Positions 48,070 to 62,019 of a stretch of 64,000 nt of DNA are shown here, in pieces (within the stretch, counting starts at the first letter, position 1; each line of letters begins with the position of its first letter). Origin of the DNA: Haliotis cracherodii (Eukaryota); assembly GCF_022045235.1 (NCBI RefSeq), contig NW_027266274.1, forward strand, positions 15,128,001 through 15,192,000, read 5' to 3'. The position numbers and the translations under genes are program-made. Below the pieces are notes generated by a model. That model saw nothing but the letters and a program-made list of their open reading frames with translations. It had not been told where the DNA came from and ran no database searches.

Positions 48070-49434
48070 TACTGAACCGAAAAAGAAACGTCACTATTTG
48101 TCCAAACACTGTAAAAATACTTTGAGATATATTAAAAGATGACACTTGGCAAAATCATCAAGGTTGAAATTAAAGTGTCAAATTTTCTTAAAGTGAAACA
48201 CAATACTAGTCTCTGAGAAAATGGCATCACAAGTCAGTATCTCGTGTGTCCGCCATGTGAATTGATGACAGTCGTGCAACGTCAACACATGGAATGAATG
48301 AGGCGGTTGATGAAGGTATAGGACTTGAACCCACATCCTGAGAAACTCCTGACCCAGTTCAGCTGCAGTTGACGGCCTTGGTCGGACGTCATTCAGCCGT
48401 CTTTGAATCTCGTCCCACAGGTGTTCAATGGGATTTAAATCGGGACTGAGGGCAAGCCACTGCATGGTTGTGCTGCCATTCTGACTGAGGAAGTCTCTTG
48501 TTGCTCACGAAGTGTGGGCACGGGCGTTTTCATGTTGAAACTCGTGGTTGCGGCGACGTGCCAAATGAGGTATGGCGTGTGGTCTCAAGACTTGATCAAA
48601 GTACTGAGCTTCTGTGACACCATTGCCTCTCTCTGGACCGATGTTCTGGAAGACCACAGGGCCGACCCTCTGTGCAAGACCAATTCCACCCCACGCCATG
48701 ATTTCTCTGCCATCTGCTGTTGAGATACAATAACGGCTCTCGTCTGAGAAGAGGACTCTTCTCCTCTGTTGGTGGCGCCAATGCTTGTGTTGTGTTGTCC
48801 ACTGAAGATGGTCCCGGCGATGACATGGCGTCAGAATTGGTCCTCGGTGTGGCCTGTGACTGTGGAGGTGTCTGCTCGTCAATCGTCGACGCACGGTGTC
48901 CACACTAATGTGTTGCTGCCGTGTCCCCATGGTCTGTCGAGCAGTTTCCGCAGCAGTAACAAAGCGATTTTGAAGATGCTGTCGCACATCTGTAGTTTTG
49001 GTGGTCTGGTACCGTTGCTGGAGCCTGCATATGGTCCCTATGTGGACTTGAAATGCAATGGCTACTTCCCGCGCAGTTTTTTCAGCTTCCAAAAGTCCAA
49101 AGGCTTGGTGTCGCTGATTTCTTGTCAGTCTTGGCATGTGGTAGCAATTCAATATCGAGTGAATGTTATCCGATCTGGGTGGATTTTTATAGCGCAAGAA
49201 ATGGGGAAACGCATGTGCATTTCAATTTGCATGGAACTCACGCGCCTGGGTTGCCGTGATGCGTTTGGGCGATCGGTTTTATTGTCATTTGCTTTGTTTT
49301 ATTAGCATCAAATTTTATTTTTCCGGACAAGGTAATGTTAAATTTTATAAACTTTGACAAAAAAATCCCAGATATTTAAGTGACAACTTTTCATGCAATG
49401 CTTGTTGGGGTGAGGTTTCTTTTTCGGTTCAGTA
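48070..49434 (-). mobile_element. Tc1/mariner (DD34E-type) transposon with both termini and a disrupted transposase
   Basis: TA target duplication; TIR TACTGAACCGAAAAAGAAAC / GTTTCTTTTTCGGTTCAGTA; MPRLT..HTH start at 49137; FSDESRY, FQHENARAH and SPDLNPIEHLW split across frames. Confidence 0.93.
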
Positions 49435-49970
49435 TATTTGGGTATGCTTAGATCAATGCACTAACTTTACAAACATAGCTCTTGTTGTTATCTTTTTTTC
49501 TGGCTTATGTAACAGTGTACGTAGCACATATCAACATATCTAGCATGATTAGTGTCAGTATTGATATACTTCACTCAACTTCTGTGTGACCATTTGCTAT
49601 TTTGGGTATTAATGTATTGTTTTCTTCACGGGATAATAGTACCATTGCGATTTATGCCAGTAAAAATTATATTCTCGCTCAAATTCGAATTTAGTAAGGC
49701 ATAATCAAGGTAAGCTCATGGTATGGTTTTCGTCCGTGGTCCATCTGACCATTTCAATATTATTTTCATATAACTTGCCCTACACACCAGACGTAAACGT
49801 TTCATTGATCTAATGTTATGTGAATTTGAAGTCTGGCTGATGAACATGCACTGAATCACCACACAGTTGGTTGTGCAATGCATTTATATGAATCTGGGTG
49901 GACATTTGGATTGTGGAAAACACAGTGCACACATGTGACGAACACAGACCGGTCGCTATGGCATCGTCCC

Positions 49971-49980
49971 TATATAAAAG
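49971..49980 (+). promoter_or_regulatory. TATA box candidate for the EGF-repeat gene
   Basis: TATATAAAAG about 75 bp upstream of ACCATG at 50047. Confidence 0.6.
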
Positions 49981-50046
49981 ATGATCGTAATAGGATCTAT
50001 ACCTGTCGGGGTATGAGAGAGGACTGAACAGCTGCTGTTTTCAACC

Positions 50047-53000
50047 ATGAAAGGTTTTACAAAAACAGTGTTGTTCTTGGGTAAGTGACTCTTCTAGTAT
50101 GTATAGACCGTCATGTGACTTTTTAAAATTTTGTTTTATTTTCAGTTTGATGCGTTTGGGAAAATGGTGTACACATGTTGTATACTAGATGGAACAAACA
50201 TGAAATGAAAGATGAACTATATTCATAGTATAAGTCATCATGTAAATATAAAAAAATAAAAATCTAAAATGTAATTATCTTGTGGGCATGCCTGGAGAGA
50301 GAAGGTTGCCAGTTTCTCATGTTTGTCAAGGTCATCTAAAGAGGTAGGTCAGGCTTAGAAACTTTGTTGTTTGTATGTCATCGTACCCGTATAGATCGTT
50401 TCTAAAGGTGTTAGGAACGTTTTTGACAGGTTCAGACTGGACAAATAATGTCATAACTGACAATAAAAAGTAACGACATAATACTAGTTCCTTTCATGAA
50501 TGAACACATCCTCTTCCAGGTGTTGCCGCCACCATGTACGGCACTGCACTACAGATTCTACATGCAGCGAACATGGAACCTGTGAAACAGATAAGACGTG
50601 CACCTGTGACACTGGTTACATTGGTGACTTGTGTCAACATGGTAAGCCACATTTAATATTATGAACGTTTAGAACGAAAATGAAACCTTGAAACATCTTT
50701 TTAAGACCAGCGCTGGGAATTTAAAGTAAACTGTTAACATCGCTTTGAAAGTCGCTTAAAAAGTAAAGCAGAAACTCATTTTCTAATTTGTTTATTTTTT
50801 TGTTGAAACATGTTTGACCTTTTCGAGAACACATGGCCTCATCACTATTTGATAATGATTCATAAACAAATGAAAACGATATTGTTGAATCCGTACAATG
50901 GACTCTGCCTTAAGCATTAACGTCTTATGATAATGGAAATATTATTTTTTCACATTCATTTGCAGATGTAAATTGCAAATGCTTCAAAAAGATCAAGCCC
51001 AGGTTTTCACAACTGACACTTATTGCAGGACAATAGTTATACAAAAATGATTAAATAGATAGAATATCACAGAAAGAATAAATAGATATCACAAAATAAA
51101 TAGACAGCATATTTATGACAATAACTGAATCATTTTTTAGTTCTTAAAATATATACACCTTCATAATCAAATATAAGTTCATTTACTTGTAATGTTTTAA
51201 AGTGAAGATCTGTGTGATTCAAATATAAATGATTGATGAAAGTCTAATGAAACATGTAACCTGTAACCTTTCTGGTAGCATTCAAATATCTTTTCTAAGG
51301 GTTTTGTCATTGTTACTGTATACAACTTTCCCATACTTCAGATGCACAATCCAAAAGCGATTATATTCGCTGTTTATATTTTTAGCATAAATCTGACATT
51401 GCTGATATTGGACAAATAAATTGAGATCAAACCCTGTGGCATTCAATCATGTTTGATACTGTACGAAATTCACAGTTCTGTATATCCATTCATTATAAAG
51501 CACCGAAACAGGCAATGGCGACTTTACCTTTACAAATCACCAGTATTTGCTCTGTAAAATATAACCCAAGAAGCTTTACATGTTACACAATCTTCAATTT
51601 CACTGAATCAAAAGTAACTCTTTCTCACAGTATGCCTTAATGAAATCAAACAAAACTAATATGTATGAAATTACGTTTGAAAAAAGTATGTGTTATGACA
51701 AGTTGATATTCGGGTGCCAAAAGTTGTCTGACATCGGTTTCAGCATTCAAGGCCTTAGTAAGGCATTATTGTAGCGAAATGTATAGTATAAACACCTTAA
51801 ACGAATGGTTCATGTCACTATATACGAAACACAATACACCTTTAACTAAGAATTAACAATGCATGTATTTCCCATTTACTTAAGACCTCAAGTAATTTGA
51901 CAAAAAAAAATGAGTTTTCACATTTCCGTTCCCACTGGGTGTTACCGGTAGAGCGGGACACAGATCAGTGGAATCTTTGTTCCCGATTCGATTCTTTACA
52001 TGTTTGGCATGTTTGTTTGTTTGATGTTGAACGACTCACTCAGGAATGTAATATCCACCTGCATATCCTGAAAATAGCCGAGTCTGTGCAGACTTTTATG
52101 GGATTTATATTTTAGGTGCAATGATCTTTCTGGTGGGGCACAATGACGTTAGTGGTTACAATGGTGTGCATGAAGGCTGAGATCATTGAATGGATCAACC
52201 ACTGGTTTGTCTGGTTCATACTCAAGTTGCTGAAACAACAGTCACGTGGCTACGGTGTTGCTATCAAATGCTCACTTTAACTTTAAATGCATTACATGTT
52301 ACAGCTTCCCAATGCGACGCTGACACAGATTGTCAGAATGGTGGAACCTGTGACAAAAATAGTCCCCAGTATCTTTGCAACTGCGTCCCTGGTTATGGAG
52401 GAGACACATGCAATCTAGGTACGTTTATATGACTGGTGACCATGTCAGCCATAGATTCTACTGGACAAACTAAAATGTTGTTAATGTGGATGGGCTCTCA
52501 TGCAAGGCAATCTCAATGTTGTGTACAGTGCCTAAAATTCATTGCACGTGTTTAATTACCTGGCTACAGACAATATTTCTCCTTATATTACTAAATACGT
52601 ACATGAGAAAGAGCTCTGCAAAATCAACTGTTTATGTCCGTTAGAGTTCCTGGTGCAGTTGAGCAATCCTTTGGAACAACATACTAGAGACATGTTGAAA
52701 CATCTTAAAATTAATACTATCGTATTTATGAAACAGTTTTATTGTTTTCCTGTTGTAAATAAGGACATAGATACACTACTGCCTAAAAGTTCATTCCCCT
52801 AACACGCGTTGAGAGCCACAGTGATGAATAGTGTTATCTTTAGAAATGTCTTCAACGAATGATAATAATTACTGCAAAACAACAACTTACAAAATCCAAC
52901 ACATATGCTGCTTTCATAGACATTCCAACCCTTAAACACATTTATCTCATTACCACTTAACGAGCAAGGTGTGATAAAGGCTCTTCTTCACCCACTGGAT

Positions 53001-55118
53001 CCGCATAAACGACGAAGTCATCAAAACGTTAAGAGACTCTCATGACAGTCAACAGATATGAACCTGTGAATCAGATCTTGATCTTGCCTGTTTGCAGTTA
53101 TGACATCACCTAATGCAGTTAGAAGGCTAATCTGCCCTGAAAGAATGATTTTAGGGGTTTTCAGTGACATATTTGTAATGTTTGACTCACGCTGATTGTC
53201 TTCCAAAATGCAGATAACAACAGTACAAACAGGAGCAAATCATTTTGGCTTATAGAATTGCTCACAGTTAGATTTCCCTTGGAAGCTTCACTTATTTATC
53301 CACTTCTTTAATACTTGAACATGCAGGAAGTAAACGAAGTGCATGTGTGAAAAAGATTATGTAATTTCCATATCATTATTACACAGTTTTCTCGAACGTA
53401 TTACAAATTTCTATTTCATACTCAAGTTGTTAAGTCATAACAGTCATTTTGCTGCGATGTAGCTGTTAAATACACACTTCAACTTTTAATGCATTGCATG
53501 TTACAGCTCCCCAATGCGACGCTGACACAGATTGTCAGAATGGTGGAACCTGTGACAAAAATAGTCCCCAGTATCTTTGCAACTGCGTCCCTGGTTATGG
53601 AGGAGACACATGCAATCTAGGTACGTTTATATGACCCGTGACCATGTCAGCCATAGATTCTACTGGACAAACTAAGATGTTGTAAATGTGGATGGGCTCT
53701 CATGCAAGGCAATCTCAATGTTGTGTACAGTGCCTAAAATTCATTGCATGTGTTTAATTACCTGGCTACAGACAATATTTCTCCTTATATTACTAAATAC
53801 GTACATGCAAAAGAGCTCTGCAAAATCAACTGTTTATGTCCGATAGAGTTCCTGGTGCAGTTGAGCAATCCTTTGGAACAACATACTAGAGAAATGTTGA
53901 AACATTTTAAAGTTAATACTATCGTATTTATAAAACAGTTTTATTGTTTTCCTATTGTAAATAAGGACATAGATACACTACTGCCTAAAAGTTCATTCCC
54001 CTAACACGCGTTGAGAGCCACAGTGATGAATAGTGTTGTCTTTAGAAATGTCTTCAGAGAATGACAATAATTACTGCAAAACAACAACTTACACAATCCA
54101 ACACATATGCTGCTTTCATAGGCATTTCAACCCTTAAACACATTTATCTCATTGCCCTTTAAAGAACAAGATATGATAAAGGCTCTTTTTAACCCACTGG
54201 ATCCACATAATCGAAGAAATCATCAAAACGTTAAGAAATTGTCATGACAGTCAACAGATATGTACCTGTGAATCAGAACTTGATCTTGCCTGTTTGCAGT
54301 TATGAAATCACTTAATGCATTTTGAAGGCTAATCGGCCCTGAAAGGAAGATTTTAGGGGTTTTCAGTGACATATTTTTAATGTTTGACTCGCGCTGATTG
54401 TCTTCAGAAATGTAGATAACGACAGTAAAAACAGGGGCAAATCATTTTGGGTTATAGAATTGCTCATAGTCAGATTTCACTTGAAGTTTTACTTATTTAT
54501 CCACTTCTTTAATACTTGAACATGCAGGAAGTAAAAAAACGTGCATGTGTGAAAAAGATTATGTTATTTCCATATCATTATTACACAGTTTTCTCTTACG
54601 TATTACACATTTATATTTAATACTCAAGTTGCTAAGACAACAGTCAAATTGTTGCGATGTAGCTGTCAAATGCTCACTTCAGCTTTTAATGCATTACATG
54701 TTACAGCTCCCCAATGTGACGCTGACACAGATTGTCTCAATGATGGAACCTGCGACAAAAGTAGTGATCAATATCTTTGCAAATGCGCCCCTGGTTATGG
54801 AGGAGACACATGCAATCTAGGTACGTTTATATGGCCCTTGATTCCTAGTGGACAAATTATGTTGCTCTAATGCAAGGCAATCTGAATATTGTGCCTGAAG
54901 AAAAACTACTCACACTTCACAACATAAGGAAATGACGACCAATTCATCGTTTTCGATTATTGCTTTCCAAGATCACTGAACATTAAATAATTGAAAACGA
55001 ACAGATCATGAATGTAACATCAATGTACTGTATTTCAGCTTCTGGTGCTGCTAAGGTATCGGTGCATCTCCTGCTTCTCACGGGTGTCGCTGCCCTTGCA
55101 AAGCTGAACCTCAACTGA
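50047..55118 (+). CDS. Small signal-peptide, probably GPI-anchored protein with four EGF-like domains; apparent 1-nt frameshift in exon 2
   Basis: Exons 50047-50080, 50520-50641, 52305-52418, 53507-53620, 54707-54820, 55039-55118. EGF motifs CTTDSTCSEHGTC..CTCDTGYIGDLC and CDADTDCQNGGTC..CNCVPGYGGDTC. C-terminus SGAAKVSVHLLLLTGVAALAKLNLN*. AATAAA at 55597. Confidence 0.78.
52215..54890 (+). repeat. About 1.2-kb tandem duplication (2.2 copies) carrying a 114-nt phase-1 EGF exon
   Basis: Exon starts 52305, 53507, 54707; intron sequence also duplicated (ORFs 52542 and 53744 nearly identical). Confidence 0.95.
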
Positions 55119-55689
55119 ATACATCCGGACCGGAATACGACGTCTTGTAGATACATATTGCGTTTGATGTTGTGATCATTAACCGCAGATACACATATCT
55201 AATAGGAGGGGCTGGGACATATTCGACAAATTATTTGCGTTTGTTTGCCCAAAAATTGTCTATAATTGTTAATTTGTTTGACAACATATCACTATATGGT
55301 TCATGTTTTTTAAACCTCATTATCTTTTGTAAACATCCCTATTCTGCATGTCAATGATTCCTAACAAGTTGAATATTATTACCTCACTGTAGCTAAGAAG
55401 ATAAAATTCCTTGATAGTTTTCGGCCACTGATGACATGTTACTGATGACGTGGAACTCTCTCCCAGTGACCACTGACACAGAGTAAATGTTATCTACTTC
55501 TTATCTACAGTGACAGTGAACGATTGTTACCTACCCACCCAAAGTGTGTTGTCCCATTATCCTGTATCGTCTGATGCATCGTGTTTAAACCATATGAATA
55601 AAACAGGAAGGCAAGAGATTTCACGTGTTACGTTGTGTATTTGGCGGAGAGTTTCGACATAACGATAACTTGATAACTTTAAATAAAAA

Positions 55690-56420
55690 TAGTCCCATCA
55701 GAAATACTGCAGCCACACAGTGACAAGAACAAGTAATGGAATGAAAAAGAATGATATCAATATATCAAAGTCACAAATAAGGATAATGCCAAACATATGT
55801 AACACAGCAACACAACTTTAAAATGTCACCAGAACCCAAACCTAGCTCACTTACAGGCATTTTCGACGAGACGCAGCAGGATTTGCTCGTCACTTAGCTA
55901 TTGGTTTTTGTGCACAAATATAATTTACAAAAAGCTCAGTGATTGAGTTGATAATTGATTATTATAGCACCTGCCGGGGGGAATGCGGATTAATATCAGT
56001 CAACAGCAGTCAACGTTTTTCGAATATTGCCGAGACCAGCATAAAAAACCCAACAAAGTTACATTTATTATATATAAAAATGTAAAGTAAAATGACGGTA
56101 ATTTCATCCCATTTGCAGAATCCTCAATAATCTCTGTTGATATTAGCATTACACCAAATTTACAGACAACAGATTATGTATTGAAACACATGGTTTCAGG
56201 ACTTTGTCTTCCTGGATAAGGGGAAGTAATCCTGTAGCAGATCTAATGGCGCGCTCGTACAGTAATAATGGCTGGAATTTCAGTATCCATCGGTACAATG
56301 CCAAAAACGTGGGGGGTAGAAGGTATCATCAAGACATATCTTCTGATCATTATGGTGTTGCCATAGGAAAAGGCCATCAGACCTAATGGTTTCTAACGGT
56401 TGGTTTGATGATATGGTGGT
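55690..56420 (+). repeat. Segment duplicated at about 60610-61590, where the second copy is interrupted by SINE C
   Basis: Shared GACAAGAACAAG..GGAATGAAAAAGAATGATATCAATAT and GGGGAATGCGGATTAATATCAGTCAACAGCAG blocks. Confidence 0.8.
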
Positions 56421-57299
56421 GCACTCAGTCGTTAAAGCGGTCGGGTGTCACATTCGAAGTTTGCATTTTGCAGCCAACGTCACTAATATCGGGTAAAACC
56501 ACCTCTGTTGGCCACACATGCATGAAATTGTCGAGTCATGCGTCTGTGTGAATGAGTTAAAAATTAACACCACATCAGCAATATTTAAATAATATCGTGA
56601 CGACAGAAAGTTGTACATTGAGGGCAAAGATTAAGACTGTATACAAATCTATCAACAAAGACATTTAAATAACAAGTTTATCACAGATTGATATCTAAAG
56701 ATATTATGGAAACTATAAAAAGATATCACTTTACAGAACAGTACATTATCAAACGGGCTATAGATCGACAGCAACCAAAGCTGGACAACCATACTGGGGA
56801 CCACGGGGATACTTGTGCTATTCTACGTTTAAAAGCGTAGTGGAAATAACGGACTTTGAATGATGTGGTCTTACATTTCCTCTAAGGGGGACTATAATTT
56901 TTCAGCACTTCAACCTCCTTTGATGATAAAGCCACTTACATTCTCAGTTACACATAGAACCCTACTATTACTATGAAATGTTAATTATGTACACACATTC
57001 AAAATTTATCAATGAGTTCAATTTCCTTTTAAAAACTAATCATGAAATGAGACGGAACATTATTCAAAAGATTGATTATTGATGCTGCTCCGAAATATTT
57101 ATCCCTTGTGATGGCAAAATCAATACAGTCAAGCAAGCATGACATGCTTGACTGTGATTCTTTCATCAGAAGGGATACAGAACGAAGGATCAACACCTTT
57201 CAATAAATATTCATGTATATATCTCGAATGGCCAAAACAAAATCGTCGTATAATAACCTCTTCAAATCTGGACTGACAATTCAGGTAAATGTAACCGAT

Positions 57300-58290
57300 A
57301 GTTAGTTTAATTGCATGTCATTTATTTACACCTACATTGGGGCCCCACTTTTTTGCATTAGATATCGGATGAAACATTTAGTGGCAGGCTTAATATAACT
57401 GTATAGGATCAAAAGTGGTGTCACAGATTTGCTGAGTGCTGATTTAGTTGCAGCATCACCCATTGTGTTACCAATGATTCCAACATGGCTGAGTAACCAA
57501 CAAAAGACGATGTCGTATAAGCAAGTAGCAAATTCGTGATGTAATTCAACAATTTCAATTTAATGCGGATGTATACAGGACATGTTATTAATAGCCTGGA
57601 GGCACGAAAAAGAATTGGAAAATAGTATGAACTGCGTACATTTTGACTGTTAAGTGATATATTTATTTGCTTCTGCTGTGAAAATGAAACAGTTATCAGG
57701 TAATCTGGTTGACAAAAAAAGTCCTGGATCCAATGGCAGTGGTGCTAGCAACTGCGTCACCATCCTTGGATCCATCTGTAAATATAGATTTGTAACCATC
57801 GTAAGTGTTTCTTAATCCATTATATTCTTGTTGATAAATACCTTGATTTCTTTAAGGTTTCTTTATCTAAGTAAATGTCAAGTCCACCTCTGGCCTTTTT
57901 AAGACTAAGACAAAAGCTGAGTGGGGTCTAGTGTTTCAAGATTGATATTAGCAGCACAAATATCAGATTGTATACTTTTTCAAAGTGGTGGAAAAAAGAT
58001 GATTTTTTTTATTGTAGAGTTCTTTATAGCATCAATCTACAGACTATGTATCGGCGAAGTTCTAAAGGTAGCAAGGCAAAGCCTCAGGCTTTGGTGATGA
58101 ATAGAATCTAACAATTCTAAATTGCGTTTACAAGCCCCACCATCCATGATGGAGCCGTAATCGTGTTTAAAGCAGAGAAGTGCCCTGTATAGATGGAGGA
58201 GGTTTTTCTGTTCCCTTACCCACTTTCAATAGGCCCAAAGCCTTCAGATACTTATTCTTTTAGTATTTAATGTGTAAGTATTAAAGTATT
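57300..58290 (-). mobile_element. LINE remnant with RNase H domain (I/Nimb-like)
   Basis: Minus-strand KSIFTDGSKD and DIVFCWLLSHVGIIGNTMGDAATKSAL; many stops. Confidence 0.75.
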
Positions 58291-58329
58291 TAAGATAAAA
58301 AAAGATAGAAACTGCAAGATGTTTATTTC

Positions 58330-60450
58330 TAATGGCATTTTCAACTAAAGTAGATGGTCAATGGAACTGCAACATTTTCGAAAACCACATGGAATATTGG
58401 TTAGTAAATAAAGCGAAAAAACCTTTCCATATCTACTAGAAATATCTGCATAAAGCAGAGTCGATTGTACAATTCCGACTATCAAGAGCATGTGTCTATG
58501 ACTCGCTATCAAATAACAGATCATCGATATACCTGCAGCTTAAGTTGAACTTCTTGGCCAAATTACCTTGCTTTTATTTTTCCAATCAGAACAGAAATTC
58601 CGATTCATATGCACAAAGAAACAGATTCGCTACAATGAGAGCACAATTGGTGCCCATGGGGATGCAAACTTCTTACCTGAATATCTTACCCCCAAATTTT
58701 GCGTAGATGTTATCAATTAGGAAGTTCAGCCTTTCAATTTTTGTTTTCTCAGTAAACTTCAGATGGCATTTGCTTTCATTTTAATTATCCTTAACCTCTG
58801 AGCATAGATACGTACCTGTATCTGTGTTCACCACGTTTTGTAACAAAAGTCGCACGAATCAAGGAATGAAGAATATCCTGAACTTGAGTACAAAATTGAA
58901 AATTCAAATGTTTTGACAGAATGGAATTTTTTTCTGAGATTGCAAAAAATCAAGCAAATCCTTTGAGTTTATTTGATATTAATTCTACTTGTGTCAAATA
59001 CTTCCTGTGAATATAAAGAAAGTCATTTCTTAAGTAATAAGGATTATGGTTCATCTTTGAGATAGGGACTAAGTTGTACTTTTGCTTGACCCAGCAATAT
59101 ATCTCTCTTTGTACAGTTTTATAGAGGTTTGGAATCCAGTACAAAAGAGGAATGTAACATAGCTGTCCAGAAAAAAGGATCAGTGTACAACAACTTCGGT
59201 CACAAATACCTCATACGATTGCTAGACTCGGGAAATATCCTAAATTCTTTGTTTCTCAAAGCGGGGATGTATTCGATGACAATTAGTTGTTTTCTTGTGC
59301 TGGACAGGCTAATTACTGGCCAACTCTGAAATACACAGATAGGATACCCTATGATGTTCCGCTGTCCAAGCAAGAGTCTTGCTGACCAAGTAAGAGCACG
59401 TGGTGTAATCATGTGGTCATTACATGGTAGAAAGATAGACTGGATTCAAATATCCCCTACGCAGCAAGAATACTGCTGACGTACGCCACGATGCAAACTC
59501 TGGGCCACAACGTCAACCCGGACACCCCTTAAGTATGGATGTGTTTTGCAGAGACGGCAGACAGACGCCAAACATCACCAGCAGCACAGTGAAAAGGTCC
59601 CGAGAGCCAGAGCAAGAAATAGAACCATCACAGGTTACAGAAATGGACATGTTTCAGTCAAGTTTTGAGTCAAGTCAAAAGTGTACAGAACTGATTTATG
59701 GTTTTGGCAAATTTCGTCTTCAGTTAACATACTGGCCTTACATGGGGCATTTTTAGATATGTCATGTATTCCAAGTTCATTGATAAAACAATTAATGTAG
59801 TGATGCTTACATACAATGGTTATGTTATCTGAGACCTTGTGAGTGGGAACAACTATGAACTGTTCATGAAGGCAGACAGACTTTGTATCACAGCTGGCTA
59901 GGACAGAATGTGTTTGTTCCAATTCCGTTCGCTTTTTTAAATTTGTGCATTCGACCAATTATAACTTCATGCACTGACTTAACCCACTCTGAAAGACATT
60001 CAACAGGTTCCTTTTTCCTTTTGGCCACCCTTTGTGGCACCATCTTTGACAGCATCCATAATGATTTTAAAGTTGTGATCCCAATTGGTTGGACGTTGCT
60101 TATGGTATTTTGATCTATATATGAATAACTGACGGAAGTTGATATTGTCAACAATAGAGAAGTCACCTGTGATTGTGTGACCTGCAGTATGATGAGTCTT
60201 GACAGCCACAAGTAGTATAATTTACATCATGAGCTGCCTAGTCGACTTTCTGCAACACGTTCCTATAATTGAACAACCTGGATGAAATTGTGTTCGTATA
60301 GGAAAATGACATTGTTGGTGGTTCCTGAAATTTGAAATATTGTGGGACAATTTAGGAAACTGATCTTTGTCTCAGAAAGTTATTTTACTTTAAGGCATCA
60401 ATTCCCTTGTTTGCAAATTTCAAATTCAAGAAATTGCGGTCTTGTCCGAA
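58330..60450 (-). mobile_element. Penelope-like reverse transcriptase remnants
   Basis: Minus-strand LNFLIDNIY..FGG, IPMGTNCA..ANLFL..YE, RYIDDL and YWIPNLYK. Confidence 0.7.
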
Positions 60451-62019
60451 TAAGTGGAGTCTATTTCTGGTTTGGGCAAATGTTTCAAAGTGATCAATCA
60501 TTTGATTATTAGTACCATGTTAATCTATTATTGACCATGCATTCCATGGTTTTGCAAACACAGCTGGTTAATGAAATAGGTCAAAATTTGGAGGGATCAG
60601 TATAACTTTACATTAAAAAGTCACACTAGCAATACCTCAGCCAGACAGTGACAAGAACAAGTTAAGGAATGAAAAAGAATGATATCAATATTTCAAAGTA
60701 ATATGTAAGGATCATGTTTAACATATGAAGCATGGCAACACTACTTAACAAATGTCAACAGGAACCAAAACTTGATCATGTTACAAGGTGCCCGAGAGAC
60801 TTGCAGTAAGATCTTGACGTCCTTTATCTGTTAGTCTTTGTGGACAAAACTAATTTACAGAATGATCAGTGATCGAAGTAATCATTGATTATGATAGAAG
60901 TTGCCGAGGGGAATGCGGATTAATATCAGTCAACAGCAGCCTACGTTTTTTCGAATATTGCTGAGACCGGCATAAAAAACGAAGTTACATTGATTACACA
61001 TGTGTCTTGCGGGAATTTATTTTCCTGTATAAGGGGAAGTAATCGTGTAGCGGATCTTATGAAGCGTTCGTACAATAACCATGACTGGAATTTCACAATC
61101 CATATATACGATACCAAAAACGCAGGGCATTGAGGTGAGTTGAGGTGAAATTGGGTTTAACGTCGCGTGTGTGTGTTTGTGTGGCTGCTTGTACGAGTCT
61201 GGACTAATGCCGATTTATAGTGCTAGCCCACTGAGATACCATGCCGCAGTTTAACATGAATACGCCAATCAGACACAGTATACTGACTCCGAGCCGACCA
61301 GTCCTTGTTTTAGCCCCTTAATGCCGAGCGCCAGACAGGGTAACAACAAGTACCATCTTTTAACGTCTTTTGGTATGACGCGACCGGGGATCGAACCCGG
61401 ACCTTCCGCTCTCCGGGCGGACGCTCTACATCTAGACCACGGAGGCGGTCCGCAGGGGATGGAAGGTATCATCAAGACATATCTTCGGATCTATATGGTA
61501 TTTGGTAAATGAATATGATATGATCATATATGCTGTAGAGTAAGCGATCAAATCTAATGGTTTTTAATGGTTGGTGTGATGATATGGTAATCTCAGTTAC
61601 AAATTGAACACTACTAATACTGTAAATTGTAAATGATGTGCACACATTAAAAATCTATCAATCAGTTCAATTTCTTTTTAAAAGCTAATCATTAAATGAA
61701 ACGGAACATTATTAAACAGATCCAGAATAACAGAATAACAGGATAACAGAATAACAGGACCTGGTGTGACCAGCCAATGGATAGAATCGAACCCACTCCA
61801 CCAATGTCTAGGTGAAGTTAACGTCAAGCTGTGCTTGCAAAAGGAACACTGTGCCTGAGTCCAGTGTCCTCAAACACAGGCATCCCTTCCTCAAGCGACA
61901 CAGGGGCGCAACCCACGGCAAACGGTCTGTCGAATTTAGTTGCCTTTTATGACAAGCAATAGGGTGGTGATGGCACATTCTACCCCGGGTAACCACATGG
62001 GCATGCTTCCGATCAGTCG

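Noticed and set aside
48178-49197. Active Tc1 transposase
   Set aside because: Frameshift, internal deletions and the second catalytic Asp replaced (QHENARAH)
52542-54004. Pair of near-identical 86-aa ORFs (MHVFNYLATD...)
   Set aside because: Intron sequence inside the 1.2-kb duplication, with non-ATG starts and no domain signal
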